The notes beneath the pieces were generated by a model. That model worked only from the letters and a program-made list of their open reading frames with translations, was not told the DNA's origin and ran no database searches. This document shows, one piece after another, positions 1-12,360 of a stretch of 64,000 bases of DNA. Location of the stretch: the NCBI GenBank assembly GCA_050613775.1, contig JBODTK010000152.1, forward strand, positions 186,001 through 250,000. Direction: 5' to 3'. Source of the DNA: Neocallimastix sp. 'constans' (taxonomy: Eukaryota). The position numbers and the translations under genes are program-made. Position 1 is the first letter of the stretch. Every line of letters starts with the position of its first letter.

Positions 1-554
1 TTTAGTAATTTTCTTGAAATAAAATAAAATATTTTCATATTTATTTATAACTGTAATTTTTTAAAAAAAAAAAATAAATAAAAAATAAATAAATAAATAA
101 ATAAATAATAATTAAATAAATATTTTATTTTATAATAATTTCATAATTTAATATATATATATTTGATAATAAAAAGTAAAAAAATAAAAAAAAAATAAAA
201 AAAAAAAATAAAAATATAAAATAAAAAATAAAAAAATAAAATAAAAAATAAAAAATAAAATAAAATAAAATAAAATAAAAATAAAATAAAATATTTTCAT
301 ATTTATTTATAACTGTAATTTTTTATTATATAAATAAATAATAATTAAATAAATATTTTATTTTATAATGAAAAAATAAAATAAAAAAAGAAAAGACAAA
401 TATTTTTTTAGTAATTTTCTTGAAATAAAATAAAATATTTTCATATTTATTTATATTTATAACTGTAATTTTTAAAAAAATTGAAAATACATATTAAATA
501 AAAAATAAAAAATAAATATTTTCATATTTATTAATATTTATATTGAAAATTTTG

Positions 555-2003
555 ATGGAGGGAAATCTAAAGATTGATATAAGTGAAACAAATCGAGGAA
601 AAGAGCAAATAATTATAGATCGAAAATTTAAATATAATTTTTCAAAATTAAAAAAATATAATACAAAAATATATAGATGTACTGAATATAAAACATTAAA
701 TAAATGTAAGTCTTTTATTACTTTAAATGATAATAAAGAGGTTTTAAATTATGATTCTTCACATAATCATCCTGGTAATGAAATTAATGCATCCAAATCA
801 TTAATAAAACATAAAATTAAAGATGAAATAAAAAAAAGTTTGATTCCTTCTGATATAAAATCGAAACGTATATTTGATAAAATTTCTCAAGAAATAGGAT
901 ATATATGCCCTGAATATAAAACAATTAAAACCCAAATAACAAGATATAAAAATAAACAATTATTTCCTAATATAAAAACATTTGATGAAGCTCCAAATGA
1001 ATCTGAATATTATAAAACAATATGAGGTGAATACTTTATGATATTCAAAAATTCTAATATAATAATTTTTCAATCCCCATTCCAAGCAAAATTATTTATG
1101 GAGAATAAACATATATTTGCTGATGGTACATTTTTAATAGCTCCAACTAATAGTTATCAAGTATTCATTACCAGAACTTATGTTACAGAATTAAATTGTT
1201 TTTACACTACTTCCATGTCAATATTAAAAAGCAAAGAACAAACAACTTATGAAATATTATTTAATGAAATAAAAAAAAATATAATTAAATATAATTCAAA
1301 TATTAATTTCTCAGAAAAAATTTTTCATTGTGATTTTGAAAAAGGAATATCTAATGCAGTGGAAAATATTTTTCCCAATATAAATATTAAATATTGTATT
1401 TGGCATTATAAAAGATTATTAATGACTAAAATAAATAAATTATGTTACAAGGAAGTGAAAGATCATAATATTTTAAATACTTATTATAAAGCCATTTCTA
1501 ATTTATGTTTTATTAATATTGAATACATACCTGATATTTTTAATAAAATTAAAAATACATGCAAGAGATATGAATCTACCTGTTCCCAAATTTTGAATTT
1601 TTTAGATTATTTTGAGAAAACATTTCTAAATATCTATAATATAAAATATTGGAATTATTACAACAATAGAGACCACATAACAAATAATGCTTCAGAATCT
1701 TATAACAGTTATTTAAAAAATTTATTTGTAAAAAAACCTTCATTTTATAAATTAATATATACAATACAATTTGAAGAATCCATATCTTACTATGATTACC
1801 AAATGAGAATTAAAGGAATTTGGAGAAAAAAGGGCAGAATATCAGAAAGGGTTGAAAAAATTAATATTTTAGTTGAATATTATAAAAATATGGAAGCCGA
1901 ATTAAAAAATATTGGATGTAGTAAAAATGATATCATCGAAAATTGGTTTAATTGTTTAATTAGATTGAATAATAAAATCATTAATTTTAATAAATCCAAA
2001 TAA
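555..2003 (+). pseudogene. Mutator/MULE DDE transposase (FLYWCH/WRKY-like Zn finger plus MULE domain) interrupted by one in-frame TGA at 1023-1025
   Basis: ORFs 543-1025 and 1038-2003 are in the same frame. N-terminal YRC..C..HNH zinc finger; catalytic motifs IFADGTF, FHCDFEKG, CIWH (CxxH) and TNNASESYN. First ATG at 555. Confidence 0.85.
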
Positions 2004-2859
2004 AAATAATTATTAAATCCTTTCAAAATCATAATTACAATTAATTGATAATTAGATTTTTTTATTTAATAAGAAATTCAATATTGAAATTTATTTAATA
2101 TTTATCGATAGGGTTAGCTTAAAAAATTTTTAAAAAAAAATTTTTTATAAATTTATTTTAAATATTTTTTACTTTATTAAATAAAATTAAAAGATGTCTT
2201 TATTATTATATATTAGTATTATAAAATATTAAAAATATGAATGTATTGCGTTTCGCCTTATTTTTATTTTATATAGTAGTAAATAAATAAATAAATAAAT
2301 AAAAAATTTTTATAAAATAAACCAAATATTAAATTATTATATTTTTTAAAAATATTTATTGTATATTTCATATTTATAATAAATATTTCAAATATACATT
2401 TTAAATATTTATAATGATATTTATGTATTATGATAAAAATATAATACTTATACAAATATAATAAACTAACAAAAAGAACTTTACTATATTTACAAATAGT
2501 GAAGTTTTTTAGGAGTGCTTGATAGAAATAATTTAAAATATTAATTATTTCCTTTTATAAGTATAATATTAATATCTAAAATAACTTATTATTTAATAGT
2601 AATTTATGTTTAAAAATGTTATTTTTAATATCATTATTACTTTAAAAAAATTTTAATTTAATATTTATAATTAAATTTTCAATTAATCTATTAAGTTAAA
2701 CATAATGTTCCTGAGTAAAAAAGATTTTTGTAAAATATAAATTTTAATTAAAATATTTGATAAAAAATATTAAAAAGGAAATAATAATTTTAAAATGAAT
2801 ATTTAAAAATATATAATAAAAAAAAATATAGAATATAATAATATAGAAGTACAAATATA

Positions 2860-3580
2860 TAAAATAAAATAAAATAAATAGTAGAAATATAAATATAAAG
2901 TACAGATTGAATAAAATAAAATAAAATAAAATAAAATAAATAGTAGAATATGTATATAAAGTACAGATTGAATAAAATAAAATAAAATAAAATAAAATAA
3001 ATAGTAGAATATGTATATAAAGTACAGATTGAATAAAATAAAATAAAATAAAATAAAATAAAATAAAATAAAATAAATAGTAGAATATGTATATAAAGTA
3101 CAGATTGAATAAAATAAAATAAAATAAAATAAAATAAAATAAAATAAAATAAAATAAATAGTAGAATATGTATATAAAGTACAGATTGAATAAAATAAAA
3201 TAAAATAAAATAAAATAAATAGTAGAATATGTATATAAAGTACAGATTGAATAAAATAAAATAAAATAAAATAAAATAAATAGTAGAATATGTATATAAA
3301 GTACAGATTGAATAAAATAAAATAAAATAAAATAAAATAAATAGTAGAATATGTATATAAAGTACAGATTGAATAAAATAAAATAAAATAAAATAAATAG
3401 TAGAATATGTATATAAAGTACAGATTGAATAAAATAAAATAAAATAAAATAAAATAAAATAAAATAAAATAAAATAAATAGTAGAATATGTATATAAAGT
3501 ACAGATTGAATAAAATAAAATAAAATAAAATAAAATAAAATAAAATAAAATAAAACAAAATAAAACAAAATAAAACAAAA
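2860..3580 (+). repeat. Compound minisatellite: 10 copies of a 30-bp core GTAGAATATGTATATAAAGTACAGATTGAA separated by (TAAAA)n-TAAATA
   Basis: Cores start at 2881, 2943, 3004, 3080, 3161, 3222, 3283, 3344, 3400 and 3481; n = 5,5,8,9,5,5,5,4,9. Confidence 0.95.
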
Positions 3581-6172
3581 TAAATATGAAATATAATAAA
3601 ATAAAAAAATTATTTGAATTATAATAAAAAAACAAGTATTAATAAAAATAAAATAAAATAAAATAAATATTTGAATTATAATAAAAATACAAGTACTAAT
3701 AAAATAAAATAAATAAAATAAATATGTGAATAATAATAAAATGCAAGTATCAATAGAAATAAAATAAAATAATATAAAATAAATAAATATGCAGTGAAAT
3801 AATAATATATAATATGATAAAATAAAATAAATAAGATATTGATATGAAATTAATATAAAAACTGAATTTAGCAACAAATAAATTATATAATAAAGTAAAT
3901 GATATAGCATATATATATGTTAACATGAATTTTATTATAATTTTTACAGTTTTTTAAATTAATGTAAATTATTATATTTCTATATAATAAACAAACTTTA
4001 TAGTTAAAAAAATAGTATAAAAAAAAAATAATATTAAATATTATTATTAAATGAATAAATTAATAAATAAATAAAAACTTTCAGAATATGGCGAATGTAA
4101 ATCATCATTTTTTTTGAAATATATCACATTTTAAATATTTTTAATAATTATTTTTTCAAAGAAATTATATGTGCCATTTTATTTTAATGTTTTAAATATT
4201 ATATTCATAAATAAAAATTTATAAAAAATAATATAAGCCACATTCCGAAATGAAAATTTATGTAAAAATATTTAAAGCCACATTCCGAAACACACCACCC
4301 TCTGTTTTTGAATCGAAAATAAAGACTTTACTTATAATATTAAAATAATAAATAGATAATAAATGTACTTAATTTTAATTATTTAGTATTTAGTTTAATT
4401 AATAATTATATTTTTCTAAATTTAGCTATAGTTTATAAATTTATTATTTACTAAAATTCATTAGGATAGTTTTATATTAAAATATATGTAATTTAAATAA
4501 AATAATATATTATCAATGTATTTAGGAAAAGTATAAATAGAAGATACTTTTTACATAATTGTTATTGAACAAATAACTATTAATAAATATTAAATAATAA
4601 TATAATATATTTTTAATAAAAAAATTTTTTAATAAAATAAAATTTATTGTATCTTGTTATTGTAATCTGTTTTAGTATTTTCTTTTACAATTTATTAACT
4701 TAAGATTTCTATTTAGTAATATTTGAAGAATATTGGAAAGTTCCAATTATATAGAATAGAATAATCTATAAGGTTAGAATAATTTATATTATTCTAGCAC
4801 AATTAGTATTATTTGTTCATTCTGTATTAAATTGTTGAGGTTCGGGACAGATCAATAATAAATATAGAAATAAACACTAAAAAAAAAATTAAAAATATAT
4901 CTTTTTTTAAAATATTTTATTTATTTATTAATTAAATATTATTCAATTAAAAACTAAAGATAATTTAATTTCTTCAATCAGATTATATTTTTCAAGATTA
5001 TTTTTCTCAAATACAATTTTCTCATCTATTTATATTTTTTTTTATCGTTAGAAATGGTCAAGCCATTTCTTTAGAATATTTTAGAATTACATGTTTGAAT
5101 TGTATTTAAATTATAAATTCATAATCTATTCTATTATAATAAATAATTATTATATATTATTAAATTCTAAATTATTTATTATTAATTGTAGTGATAATAT
5201 ATTTTAAAAATAATTTTATTACTTTTACAGAACTATTAGTAATAGAGTATTATTTAATTTTATACTATTTTTAAATAAAAGTATTTTAGATTATTATCTA
5301 TTATTAATCTTATTATAAATAGGGTGTATTTTGGAAGGAAGTATTACTAATTTTAATGACAAGGATCATGGATTTAAGTAAAATATTTTTAAATCATTAT
5401 TAATTATATTAATTTTTATTAATAATAAATAATCTGTATTAGTAATATTTGTAAAATAAAATTTTCTTTAATAATAAAATATTGATAGAATAAATCATAT
5501 TAATAAAACTAGATATTGATAATAATATTGATATTAATAATATAGTATTAATTTTAATAATAAAGTATTGATATTAATAAAGAATTTATATTAATAATAA
5601 TAATTTTAATATTAGTAATAATTTGGCAGTAATAGAACGTAAGAAAGTTCTCCAAGTAAGGAAGTAAATAATTTAATTTTAGTGGTTAAGTTATTTTTAT
5701 GAAAAATAATAAAATTAACATTATTTGTTCATTCCTTAACAAAATTGATAAGAATGTACTAAATAATGCATTCTTAATTAAATCTACGATTTATTTCTAA
5801 TACATTATGTGTACATTATTATTTTTGTACTTTAATAAATTTTTAAATCCAAAGATCAAAAATTAAATCAAAAATTATATTAAACTTTATATTTTTATAT
5901 TAAATCTTATATTAATAGTAATATTTTTATATATTTAAAACTTATATTAGCAATATTAATAATAAATCTTATTTTTTTATTTTTATATTAATAATGAAAA
6001 TTTGTATTAATAATATTTTTATATATTGATAATTATTTATATATTATATTTTAACTTTTATTATAAAATTTTATATCGAAATGTTTTATTTTATATTGAA
6101 AAATATTTTATTTTATTAAAAACCTTTATATTAGAATAGTATTTTTATTTTTATTTGAATATTTTAACAGAT

Positions 6173-7552
6173 TGTAATAAAAATTATAGCCAATTAAATA
6201 AATTCTTATTAGTAATTTTTTAGATATTTTTTTTTTAAAAAAAAAAAAAATGTTTTATTAATATTATAAATGTATTTTATTTATATTGTTATAATTAAAT
6301 TTTATATAATTGATTATAAAATTCAATTTAAATTTAATAGTTTTTATAAAAAAAAAATAAATAAAATGTAATTTAGTGGCAATAACAACTTTTATGCCTT
6401 GAAAAAAGTATAAATAGTTGTAAATTTTGCTACCAATTTTTAAAAATCATCAAATAAATTTAATAAAATTAATAAATAAAATAATAAACAAATAAATAAA
6501 ATTTGTGTGTCTTTTACTTTTATTTTTATTTAATTCTCTAAAACCTTAACAAAATGTAAGAAAATATAATTATTTTCAACAAAATAATTATATTTTCTTA
6601 GTTAAGTTATAGTTAATATAACTTTTATTTAACTCATATTTCATTTATACACTTAATTATAATTAATAATTTATTTAATTACATATTAAAAATTTATTTA
6701 GTTTAATATTAAAATTTTATTTAATTAAATAATTTTTATACATTTAAAACAGTATTAAATTTATTTAATTATTCACTTAATTATTAAATTTATTAGTTTT
6801 AGTTTTCTCTTACTTATTAAATCATAAACTAAAACACTATTCTGTATTTTATCATGTATTCTGTATTTTATTAATGATGTATTTTTATTATTAATGTATT
6901 GTTTTATATTTTTATGTAAAGTTCTATAAAATAGAACTAAATAGATTTAATTTTAAATTTTATGATCGAAATAATTTTCATTATTTTATTCTTTTATTTT
7001 CGATCATTATATTAGATTAAGTAATCGGTTAATTAAGGTTTTTCCAATTATTTCTTTAAAGTAATCGGTTTTACTTAATTAACGCGATGATCGATATGGA
7101 TAGAATATCGATCAAAAACTTATCTAGGTTTTTCTTCTAGTCTTTTCCTAGATAAGAGATTTGTTAAGATTAGAACCCCTTTTGATTTTAACCTTATTTT
7201 GACAAAAAATATAAATAAGGCTCTTGAGTTCTCTTTGAGAAATCAAGAGTTATTATTATAACAATTATAATATAATAATAATAATAATAAATAGTTTTAA
7301 CATTTAAAGTTTCTAATAATTAATAAAACAAATTATTTTAAAAACAAATTTTATAATTAAAACTTTTCTTTATCAATTTCAGTGTTTCGTCTATTATAAT
7401 TCGTTATAATAAACTCAATAATTAGAAAGAACCATAGGTAAGTATGATTCTTTTCTAAACCTTTAATATTAGCAGTTAGAGCTAATATTAATGATTAATA
7501 ATTTAATTATAATTTTTTAATTAAATTATTACACAAAATGGTGCAGGTACAC
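6173..7552 (+). mobile_element. Putative LTR (TGTAATAA...TTATTACA, ~1.36 kb) rich in stem-loops, followed by a PBS-like TGGTGCAGGTACAC
   Basis: 8-bp terminal inverted repeats at 6173 and 7526-7533; TGG-initiated tract at 7539; many hairpins inside. Confidence 0.4.
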
Positions 7553-7959
7553 AATAAACTTCAAAAAAATGAAAATAATATATTAGTTAATAATTTAATT
7601 TCACTTTCAGTTTTTTTATTTTTTTTAACTCTTGATTTTTTATTAATTATTTTCTTTTTCTTTTATACTTTTTTACTACATGAATTTTTATAATAATTTA
7701 AATTATTTTAATTCTTATTAGTATAATTATTACATGTGATTTTATTAATATTTTTTAAAGTTATTTTAATAATAAAAATATTAATACTAATATAATTAAT
7801 ATTATCTTTAATGACAAAATATTAATAATGATAAAATTAAAAAATTTAACAATAAAATTATTGGTAATATTTTTGATAATATAATTCTTAAAACAATTTA
7901 ATATTAATAATAATTAAATATAATAATAAAACAATTTAATTAATATAAGATAATAATTA

Positions 7960-8072
7960 TTTAATAATTAGTTATTAATCAATTTAATTAAATAATAATT
8001 TTTTAATAATTAGTCATTAATCAATTTAATAAAATAATAATTTTTTAATAATTAGTCATTAATCAATTTAAT
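7960..8072. repeat. Three tandem copies of a ~39-bp unit (TAATAATTAGTCATTAATCAATTTAAT...)
   Basis: Direct repeats visible in the sequence. Confidence 0.75.
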
Positions 8073-8212
8073 TTGATAATTTATATAATTATTTTAAAAT
8101 AAAATTATGGAATTATATAAATAGTTTAAAATATTTAATACATAAAGTTATTAAACTTAATTATAATTTCCAATAGTATAATATGAATTATTAATTAGTT
8201 CCGTAACAAAAA

Positions 8213-8811
8213 TGATACGCAACTTATAAAAAAAGTCACTTTAGGGTCGGGATAAACAAGTTTTCTTAATATAAAATAATATATTCTAATAATAAGAATT
8301 AAATAACACACAAATAAAAAAATAATTTAAACAAAGATAATAATATTATTTAATATTTTAGTATTTTATTATTTTCTCTGTTTTTATATTTCAAATTAAT
8401 AATTTCATATATTTATCTCTAAATCTATTTTCTATATTTATTATTTATTATAAATTTTCTCTTTCTATTTTCTAATCTTAATTATAAAGTATAATTTCTT
8501 ATTTTAACTATTGAGTAATTCTTTTTCTCTAAGAATTCCCCTTTCTAATTATTTAATAATTGATCTTTTTATACTAAGTTTTCTCAATTCCTATTGGTAG
8601 TTAATTATTATTTAATTATATTATTTAATTATATTAAAATATTTAATATTCTTTATCACTAATCCACATATTAATATTGTTATTTTCTATTTTTTTACAA
8701 TTATTTTCTATTATTCTATGAGTAACGTATCAAAATGTCCCCACTTAGTTTAGACTTCGTCCCTTGAAGTCTCTGGTAATCAACTATTTGTATTATTAAC
8801 TATTTATTTAA

Positions 8812-8844
<33 letters not shown>

Positions 8845-10156
8845 TTATTAATTATTATTAGTAGTATTACCTAATTTAGTAAAATTAATAAAATTAAATA
8901 AAAACTTGTGCCAATTACTGTGCTTGATTTGGATACTAATTAAAACAAATATTACTAAAAAAAATATTATTATTATTATTTTAATATATTAATATATTTT
9001 AATTTTTTTTTTTTTTTTTTTTTTTTTTTAGGAAAGTGCATTATAAAAACTTTATAAATATATATGATTTACTTAAATACTAATTTATTTTATTATCATT
9101 ATATATATGTTTAATATATATAGCCATATCGATATTTATTATTATTTACTATATTATTATATTTGTTATTTATGTCGTTATATTTATTTATTATATTATT
9201 AAAAAAAAAGAATATCGGATAATGCTCTTTAGACAGAAAAATATATTCGTCAATTATTAATTCAAATAAAAGAATTTATAACCCAGTTCAATAACTATTT
9301 CAAGATATATCATTACTATATTGTTGTGTACATATGTGTTTACAATTTTATAAATTTTGTGAATTTCGAAATTGAATTTACTTTAAATTTGTAAATTTTT
9401 CAATTTAATTGTTATACTAGGTACGTAGTCGTTGTATTATTATGTGTGTAGATCATATTTCATTATCAATTTTGATTATTATTACTTTTTTTTTTTTTTT
9501 TTTTTTTTGAGATAAAATTTATCAGATGTTAAATAATGAATAAAATAAATTTCAAAATTATAAGTTTTAAATTCAAATTTTGAAATTTCAATTTTGAGAT
9601 TTTAAAGTTTCAAATTAATTTAATTATTATTATTATTAGTAGTATTATTATTATTATTTTTTTTTTGTATATATATATGTATCCTTATTCTTCTAAATTC
9701 AATTCTGTAAAATATGGAATAATATTCTTTAAATGAATGTTCCTATCAGCAACTTCTCCAGTTACTGGATCACAAACTGTTACTGTATTGAAATCTTTTT
9801 TTACGATCTTTAATGGGCCTGTAAAAAACGGATACAGCTTCCTTCTATTAAACAATTTGACCAAAACAAGATCACCTGGCTTATACTTTGCTCTCATTCT
9901 TCTTATTTGTTTTCTACGATCTTCCTACAACTTGTTTGCTGTTTCAATGTTCTTTATTGCTTCACGAATCCAACGGTCATGGTTAATAAATTTCCTCAGC
10001 CAAAATTCTTCTTCGTCTTCCCAGTCATTTTTGGATTCGACATTAACAGTGAGTTCGAATGGTTGTAAGTCTCTCCGACCATACAACATTTTCAAAGCTG
10101 CTGTGTTTCGTAACTTCATTCTTGCACGTTCTTAAAGCCCAAAGAGTAACGTATCA
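8213..10156 (-). mobile_element. Internally deleted Ty3/Gypsy LTR retrotransposon (intact 3' LTR 8213-8732, PPT, integrase C-terminus, 13-bp stub of the 5' LTR)
   Basis: LTR termini TGATACG(8213)...CGTATCA(8732). On the minus strand GGGACGAAGTCTAAACTAAGTGGGGACATTT (PPT-like) abuts the LTR. GAGTAACGTATCA recurs at 10144-10156. AAAA flanks both ends. Confidence 0.7.
9685..10150 (-). pseudogene. Gypsy integrase C-terminal fragment (frameshifted, with stop)
   Basis: Minus-strand translation VTLWALRTCKNEVTKHSSFE/MLYGRRD...KYKPGDLVLVK...FTGPLKIV...NIHLKNIIPY, the integrase core end plus a GPY/F-type motif. Confidence 0.85.
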
Positions 10157-10424
10157 AAAATTTCAGAAAAAGAAATCTTGGAATAGTGGCTAGAGCTATG
10201 ACCATGAATCGAACTACTTGGGTTCGATTCACACTCAAAGCAAATTTTAATAATTTTATTTTCATTTTCTAGATATTTCTTTCTGTAATTTCTTTAAGAA
10301 TTTTATAGAAATTCTTAATAGCTAAAATTATATTTTATTCTATTTTATTCCTTCTTTTTATTAGTTTCTATTTTTGTGGCTAAAATCGGTTTTAAACGAA
10401 TTTTCCACCCAGGTTTCCGTTACA
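10157..10424 (-). mobile_element. LTR-like remnant beginning TGTAACGGAAACC on the minus strand
   Basis: TTTCCGTTACA ends at 10424; a related TTCCGTAACA ends at 8208, directly left of the Gypsy insertion. Confidence 0.35.
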
Positions 10425-11999
10425 CTTAAACCTAGTTATTCAATAATGAATAAATTGGTTTACTGGTGAACATTTGTATATAAAATTATCCTATTTTACA
10501 ATATTAACTTGATATTATTAAACTATTATTTATTTCTGTTCTAAATTAACCTTTAATTTTACATGAATAAAGTATTTTACATTATATTAATTATTTAATT
10601 CAATTTAAATATTGCTAAAATAATTTTTTAAAATATATTTATAATCTAATAATTTCCCCCTAAAACTAAGTATTTAATATTATTACACCATTAATATTAG
10701 ATGTATCTAAAACATCTCTTATAGATATGGTTTATATATTACCATTTATATAATGGAAACCTTTCTCTTGAAGGGTGATATTATACCATCTCAATTTGTG
10801 TGAATACCTCTTATATATTGAGTTTTACATCACTTTCAATTATAATCTGCTTTATAGATTAGCGTTAACTTTTATATATTTTCGCATTGTATTTTTAGCG
10901 ATAACTATTAAAATAAATTGTCAATTATATATTGGTGCACTTGATAAATCATAATCTTGGGGTATTAAAATTGATTGTATTTATAATTAATTATATTTTT
11001 CTAGTCATTTAAACTTATTAATAAATAATATAAATTGTTTCATATTGATTAAAATTCAATCTTTCATTTATTTTTTTCTTGAAAGTTAATTTTTGTTAAT
11101 TTTCACTATTAGGCTATTTTATTCATTTCCAAGATAATATTATTTTTAAATAATTAGCTCAAAGAATCAGTAAAGTGACTTTTCTTTAATACTTTATAAT
11201 TTTTATTTTATTTTGCCTACTTCTCTCTAAAATCCAAATTTCTAAAAGGATTTTATATATTTGGATTTTCTCATCATTATAATATTAATTATAGAAGTTT
11301 AATAACTTTAAAATATTTTTCAATCAATAAGTATAGTTCGTTGATGGATAAATATCATCCATTTATATATAACTCATGATTATATTTATTATTTTATTAT
11401 ACCTTTCATCACGAAGATTTGCATTATGATTATATTGAATTAGTTATCTAAACCTATTTCATGCTAGGTTTAATAATACTATTATTATTAGAATGTAGCC
11501 TAGGAATTACCATTCTATTATATTTCCCTTGAATATATTGGATGTTTTATTTTAAATTATTTCGTATGGGATCTCTGACATATAGTCTCCTCCATTATTG
11601 TAGTTTATATTAATATATACGAGTTTGATATGTATAAATACTCGTTAAAATGACTATACTTTAAATAATGTGTTTTGTTCTTTAATATGAATCATTAACT
11701 AATATATGATTGTTTAAATTTTCTTAATTTATATTATTAAATTTTGTTTTATATATTCATTGGGAGAAATAGTCTATCACATAGTAGATTCCTTCATGTA
11801 TAGATATATTATATTTCTAATAGCCAAAAGTTTATTTGTTAAAATATCAAATTATAATTTTAATTAAGAGTCTATAGTATGAAAATTTATTATTTTCTTT
11901 TATATACGTTTAAGCGTGTTTTTTCTTATTAAATAAATATTTTTATATTTTTAGAATTTTTACTTATCCTGCAATAACTTCATTTTATCAATTGTATTA

Positions 12000-12360
12000 T
12001 ATTTTACGCGTTTTTTCATTTTTTCAATCTTGAATATTTTGAACAGTTTTATTTGTCTATTAAGAATTGACATAATGAGCAGCTTTTATCATAATATAAA
12101 ATTCAATTTTTTTTTTTTTTTTGACATAATATTGATTCCGGCAAAAGATTCTTTTTTTAAGAATTTTTTTAAGAGTCAGGAATTTATGGTTTATAATTAT
12201 GTCAATTTTATTAATATATTTTATAATAAAGAGTAACTAGCACTTAATTATTCTAAATTAAATGTTTTTATATTAATACATTGTGGCTTATGCATTAATT
12301 ATATTACAATATGTTTCAATACAATTGAAACTTATTTTTTATATATTTCACATATCCTAA
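12000..12360 (+). repeat. Dispersed repeat homologous to 44065-44440 (opposite strand)
   Basis: Shared translation YNYVNFINIFY...NYSKLN..LIHC.L.I.YITICFN..ET.F.YI.HI and shared nucleotide blocks such as ACATAATGAGCA. Confidence 0.75.

Larger units (their letters stand above)
1..4300 (+). mobile_element. Probable MULE DNA transposon; left end outside or at the window edge, right end near 4296-4302
   Basis: Contains the transposase. Duplicated AT-rich blocks lie in 1-530. A GC-richer terminal-looking tract with AAGCCACATTCCGAAA twice (4236, 4275) ends in CACACCACCCTC. Boundaries are inferred. Confidence 0.45.

Noticed and set aside
2860..3580. CRISPR array
   Set aside because: Spacers are pure microsatellite rather than unique sequence, the context is eukaryotic, and no cas genes are present.
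2744..3910. Long minus-strand F/Y/I/L-rich ORFs (388, 281, 251 aa), and likewise 43257-43736
   Set aside because: They are stop-free readings of the (TTTTA)n satellite in several frames, not proteins.
4640..5200. Possible second decayed MULE on the minus strand (ICPE and GTFQY words)
   Set aside because: Motif spacing is inconsistent with the intact copy, and the sequence is too degraded to support.
6536..6552. Telomerase RNA template (CTAAAACCTTAAC) within the structured region
   Set aside because: It does not match 1.5 copies of CCCTAA; the LTR-like ends and PBS-like site are a simpler explanation.
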